Virus record (IMG/VR): IMGVR_UViG_3300048672_001051
Span: 124,001-188,000 of that record
DNA: 64,000 nt
Reading direction: 5' to 3' (one strand)
The notes below the pieces were generated by a model. The model had not been told where the DNA came from. It saw only the letters and a list, made by a program, of their open reading frames with translations, and did no database searches. A program made the translations under genes and the position numbers. This document shows positions 61,801 through 64,000 of this stretch, piece by piece; position 1 is the stretch's first letter; every line of letters begins with the position of its first letter.

Positions 61801-62434
61801 GATGAATCTGACAATCACGGATAATATTTGGCCAATCTTTTTCACGAGGTTGTGAATTAGAAATAATTTGGCCAAGAACAAACTTACCATTATTGATTTT
61901 GTCCAGATGTTGATTAAAACTAAGAATAACAAAAGAATGTTCAGATTTTTTCTGAGCATTAAAACTTACAGGCTTGGTATAATTTGCAAAAGACTGCAAA
62001 TTATTAATATCAGTGTTTAACAAACCTGTATAGATGTCTTTGCTGTACTGTTGATACATATTAAGACGATCTACTAAAATAAGATAAAATACTTGATTTT
62101 GATTAAGAATCAAATAATTATGATGACCAAAATAATCAATTCGACTATTAGAAGTCGAGCTGACTTCTACGAGAAAAGGATAATACGTTGTCTGCACTGG
62201 TGCAGTGCTAGGTGAAAACAATGTTTTACGAATAATAACTTCCATTGCATGAGTATCACTGCGAGGGAAAGCTATAATAACATCATCATCAGCATTAATA
62301 GAATAATTGCACAGCCCACTGTAACCTTGAGGCAGGTGTCCAATAAGTTCTTCAGCTGTGCAATTTGCCGGAATATCACGAAAGGCTTGTGTGCGTACAA
62401 TACCATCCAAACGTGCAATCGGAAATGAAGACAT
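58811..62434 (-). CDS. Single-polypeptide two-barrel DNA-directed RNA polymerase (beta-like plus beta-prime-like)
   Basis: Beta-like RITSSTGLKGV (K/R-x7-K) and PDIV; beta-prime-like VRNPVLW and catalytic RSDCDGD at 59702-59716. Confidence 0.8.
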   Translation of the reverse strand: MSSFPIARLDGIVRTQAFRDIPANCTAEELIGHLPQGYSGLCNYSINADDDVIIAFPRSDTHAMEVIIRKTLFSPSTAPVQTTYYPFLVEVSSTSNSRIDYFGHHNYLILNQNQVFYLILVDRLNMYQQYSKDIYTGLLNTDINNLQSFANYTKPVSFNAQKKSEHSFVILSFNQHLDKINNGKFVLGQIISNSQPREKDWPNIIRDCQIHLTSEGSMSKTATVSLFTGEQPFMFRNTGYSENLRDTVPSILTIFDNKQSLAARLKTHSLGEHLKIENPSNSVFTQDYIINGDVFTRKDDCQREAFIVFHPMDPDTKRFVSGEIEIAATIAAQALEVSFSIEEIFSEVLVEAGKTYQPSFKTFTVGLNNLSSPIDLYNFKTITVLSIDATSIANSFKIRFKGICRAGNCRITSSTGLKGVTKVLTNTGKIMFKNVFDDSAIAERYPNASEYLGDSSTDNTWNEKDFLVPDIVTGMNAVKAASNTIVLARAALAVKLGYYKPSVKRGNSGYLNSLDEAEINAASQSLPEYKYVDNFGNEVNVEIGLVYINYTEITDIYADWKPQSVMFETLKMLTFQGGVSLELANHIFESYRDPDSIKAVYELFKILTDDRAVFSEVDELPIITPADLISKNPMYGPDDFVLTKKAIFPSNSRLLNAEYNPNGFYLDFSSLGGPCVRMPSAYLLNRFTGRLMSGETNYPDILIRLSKILRLVRENYKYLKGYNKVFRNMLMPDNNRQQSYALDEYLRAVKSTLYSDEEAAQMVIQHLIKPRMKGFGMKQVVDHYLPPDVVVVMSQSKFERISNEAFGDDWERLVSSQIDILARLNEHGTLDKQAVDRALNEVPRSLAVRNPVLWEMQLQVPRIWDVNLFRMYLKTVHNIDLHAYLNPRYNSDILLISPTIALEARSDCDGDALPLAIPNPIGQEILRRFVRPQPLEQELCWNEEYIDGEYETTNKLLPIGQHVYKLNKVPMAPQNGIPCYQQYLLNASVAKANIGPATLDIWTATALMQCYQAFFVANKGLYKTANVPNPVLLQPLSDLEFKQFSFAYTRLVQEKVIEAIKHAKNGSKDFEMFFLRNMALPENRKIIIAELQKPEYRMTLGDINKLLFIITWGSHSKALKGCRNFISLYNKGRIPVDESELKMWETFISENTYFGSLVSKLFEIRQKFEAFCADPEEFSDLNIQEGANSNGNVPPDDLDALMKSLGM

Positions 62435-62455
62435 AATACGTTCCTTAAAAAATGT

Positions 62456-62806
62456 CTAAAGTGTTGTGTATAAAAAACACTCTTGACTGTTGAAAAACAA
62501 CGGTTCAGTTTGAATAAGATAACCATTGGTCATCAGATTCATCTGAATCCTCTTTACAGCAGTATGATTTAAGAGTTCTGAATTTTTTAAAAACAAAAAT
62601 CCTAAACCAGAATCTTTACAATAATCAATATTATTGAAAAAATCTGTGACATCAAAGTCTTGATAAGACTTAGAGTCAGAAGCTTTAATGACAGACTCAA
62701 GATCAATAAAAACATGTTCAACATTTTCAAAGATGTTGACAGATTGATTTTGAGATTGTTTGGGTTGAAGAGCCAGTACAACTGGTTTCAAAATAGTATC
62801 AGACAT
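62456..62806 (-). CDS. Hypothetical protein
   Basis: 116 aa directly upstream of RNAP. Confidence 0.7.
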   Translation of the reverse strand: MSDTILKPVVLALQPKQSQNQSVNIFENVEHVFIDLESVIKASDSKSYQDFDVTDFFNNIDYCKDSGLGFLFLKNSELLNHTAVKRIQMNLMTNGYLIQTEPLFFNSQECFLYTTL

Positions 62807-63080
62807 GATAATAAGTCCTAAGAGGTATTGATAATAAAAAATCCATTATAGTCTGAATTTAAACATGTGGTAACCTCTTTAACCACATTAAAATTCAAAC
62901 CCTGAAATCGTAAAAACATTACACGATTCATCCTATCTGTTCAAAAGAATTACTGTAACCAGTAAAGTATTACAAAAATTGAAAGCAATAAAACAAAAAA
63001 TGTTACATTAAACATCAAAGATGATTAACATTTTAACCTCCGTTAAAAATTGATTAAACTTAATGTAATGCTCCAACTTA

Positions 63081-63344
63081 TTAAGTCAGAGCATTTTGAA
63101 CTTGAATGTTTTTAATACAGGCATTTTGTAAATAATGCCTATAAAAATACATCGCAATTCTTTCACAACATAAACCTGCAATAAATGTTGTAGCTAATAG
63201 CCAACTAACACTCATTACAGGTGCTAATAATGTAACGGAAAACCATGAAATTAAACAAAGAGAACTCAAAAGAACTACTGTATAAATTCTTGTAGAGTTT
63301 TCAAAAAATTTCATGTTAAGTGTTACTTGCCGCACGGGTTTCAT
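63081..63344 (-). CDS. Small two-TM membrane protein
   Basis: Hydrophobic segments. Confidence 0.65.
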   Translation of the reverse strand: MKPVRQVTLNMKFFENSTRIYTVVLLSSLCLISWFSVTLLAPVMSVSWLLATTFIAGLCCERIAMYFYRHYLQNACIKNIQVQNALT

Positions 63345-63586
63345 GCAGATACAGTTCGGATGTTGTTAATCATCGAATTGATACCTTCGCCAGCTAAATA
63401 AGCAGCAGCAAAGAGCCCCGCATAGTAAAAAACTTCAATGGCTGCATGTGCAAACAGCATATGAAAGCCAAAGAAATAACCAGCAGCAGCAACAACTGCC
63501 ATAGTAGCAGCGGTTACAAGAATACGTTGGCTGGTGTTATTGCTAACACAAATTTTAGCAGCAGGTGTGGCGGTTGCAGTAGTCAT
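63341..63586 (-). CDS. Small membrane protein (start MTTATATP)
   Basis: Ala-rich TM helices; GAGG SD. Confidence 0.65.
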   Translation of the reverse strand: MTTATATPAAKICVSNNTSQRILVTAATMAVVAAAGYFFGFHMLFAHAAIEVFYYAGLFAAAYLAGEGINSMINNIRTVSA

Positions 63587-63608
63587 GATTTGAATCCTCA
63601 AAATTTGA

Positions 63609-63794
63609 TTATGCAGCAACAGAATTGTTACTTGCATTTAAAAGAGTTGAATTTTCAGCGTATTGTTTATATAACGCAACGCATAAAAATCCAATGGCAC
63701 TAACTAGCATAATGTTGGTAAAACCAACAACACTGCCAAGAATAATGCCAACAAAAAGCAGTAACCAGTCTTGGACACTGACTAAGATTTTCAT
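63609..63794 (-). CDS. Small membrane protein
   Basis: Two TM helices; CAGGGAG SD. Confidence 0.55.
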   Translation of the reverse strand: MKILVSVQDWLLLFVGIILGSVVGFTNIMLVSAIGFLCVALYKQYAENSTLLNASNNSVAA

Positions 63795-64000
63795 ACAAAA
63801 GCTCCCTGAGGTAAACCTGTCCAGTCGCTATAAGCTTTGCCATAACCATGTTTATACTGTAAGCCAATGCTTCTGTAGGCATAAACAAGATTTGTAAACA
63901 TTGTTTTCAAAGCAAACCCGAATTGACCAAATCGAACATTCATTATGTTATACCTTGCCATTGCAAAGTAATAAATGAAGTAAGATTTAATAGCCCAAAC

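Noticed and set aside
1-64000. Stop-codon reassignment, as in some jumbo phages
   Set aside because: Long conserved genes are intact in the standard code; TAG and TGA end genes at expected positions; no suppressor tRNA found.

Overview
AT-rich segment of what is almost certainly a jumbo-phage genome (inference from gene content); nearly all genes lie on the minus strand. The TyrRS looks Moraxellaceae/Acinetobacter-like, suggesting the host family. Left to right: (i) RNA-repair and metabolic genes (Sir2 stub, CoaB-like/aldolase fusion, DHH phosphoesterase, Rnl1-type RNA ligase). (ii) A dispersed array of about 19 full-length tRNA genes plus several tRNA halves, invaded by four plus-strand homing endonucleases. 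(iii) A Pif1 helicase with an intein, a Ro60/TROVE gene followed directly by a tRNA-shaped RNA, TerD, RlpA, NADAR and TilS. (iv) A coiled-coil gene followed by a structured heptamer-repeat RNA candidate. (v) A NAMPT-like gene split by a group I intron with an endonuclease, next to a PRS-like gene. (vi) TerC-like, degenerate Nudix, HD hydrolase, Pth2-like, K+ channel pore, PTP-like, a GC-mosaic TyrRS, and a class II aaRS-like/MazG-like pair. (vii) A 14-kb tandem array of 35 small paralogous ORFs ending in LRxL. (viii) A 1207-aa single-chain two-barrel RNA polymerase. All family assignments are from motifs read by eye; no database searches or folding programs were run.
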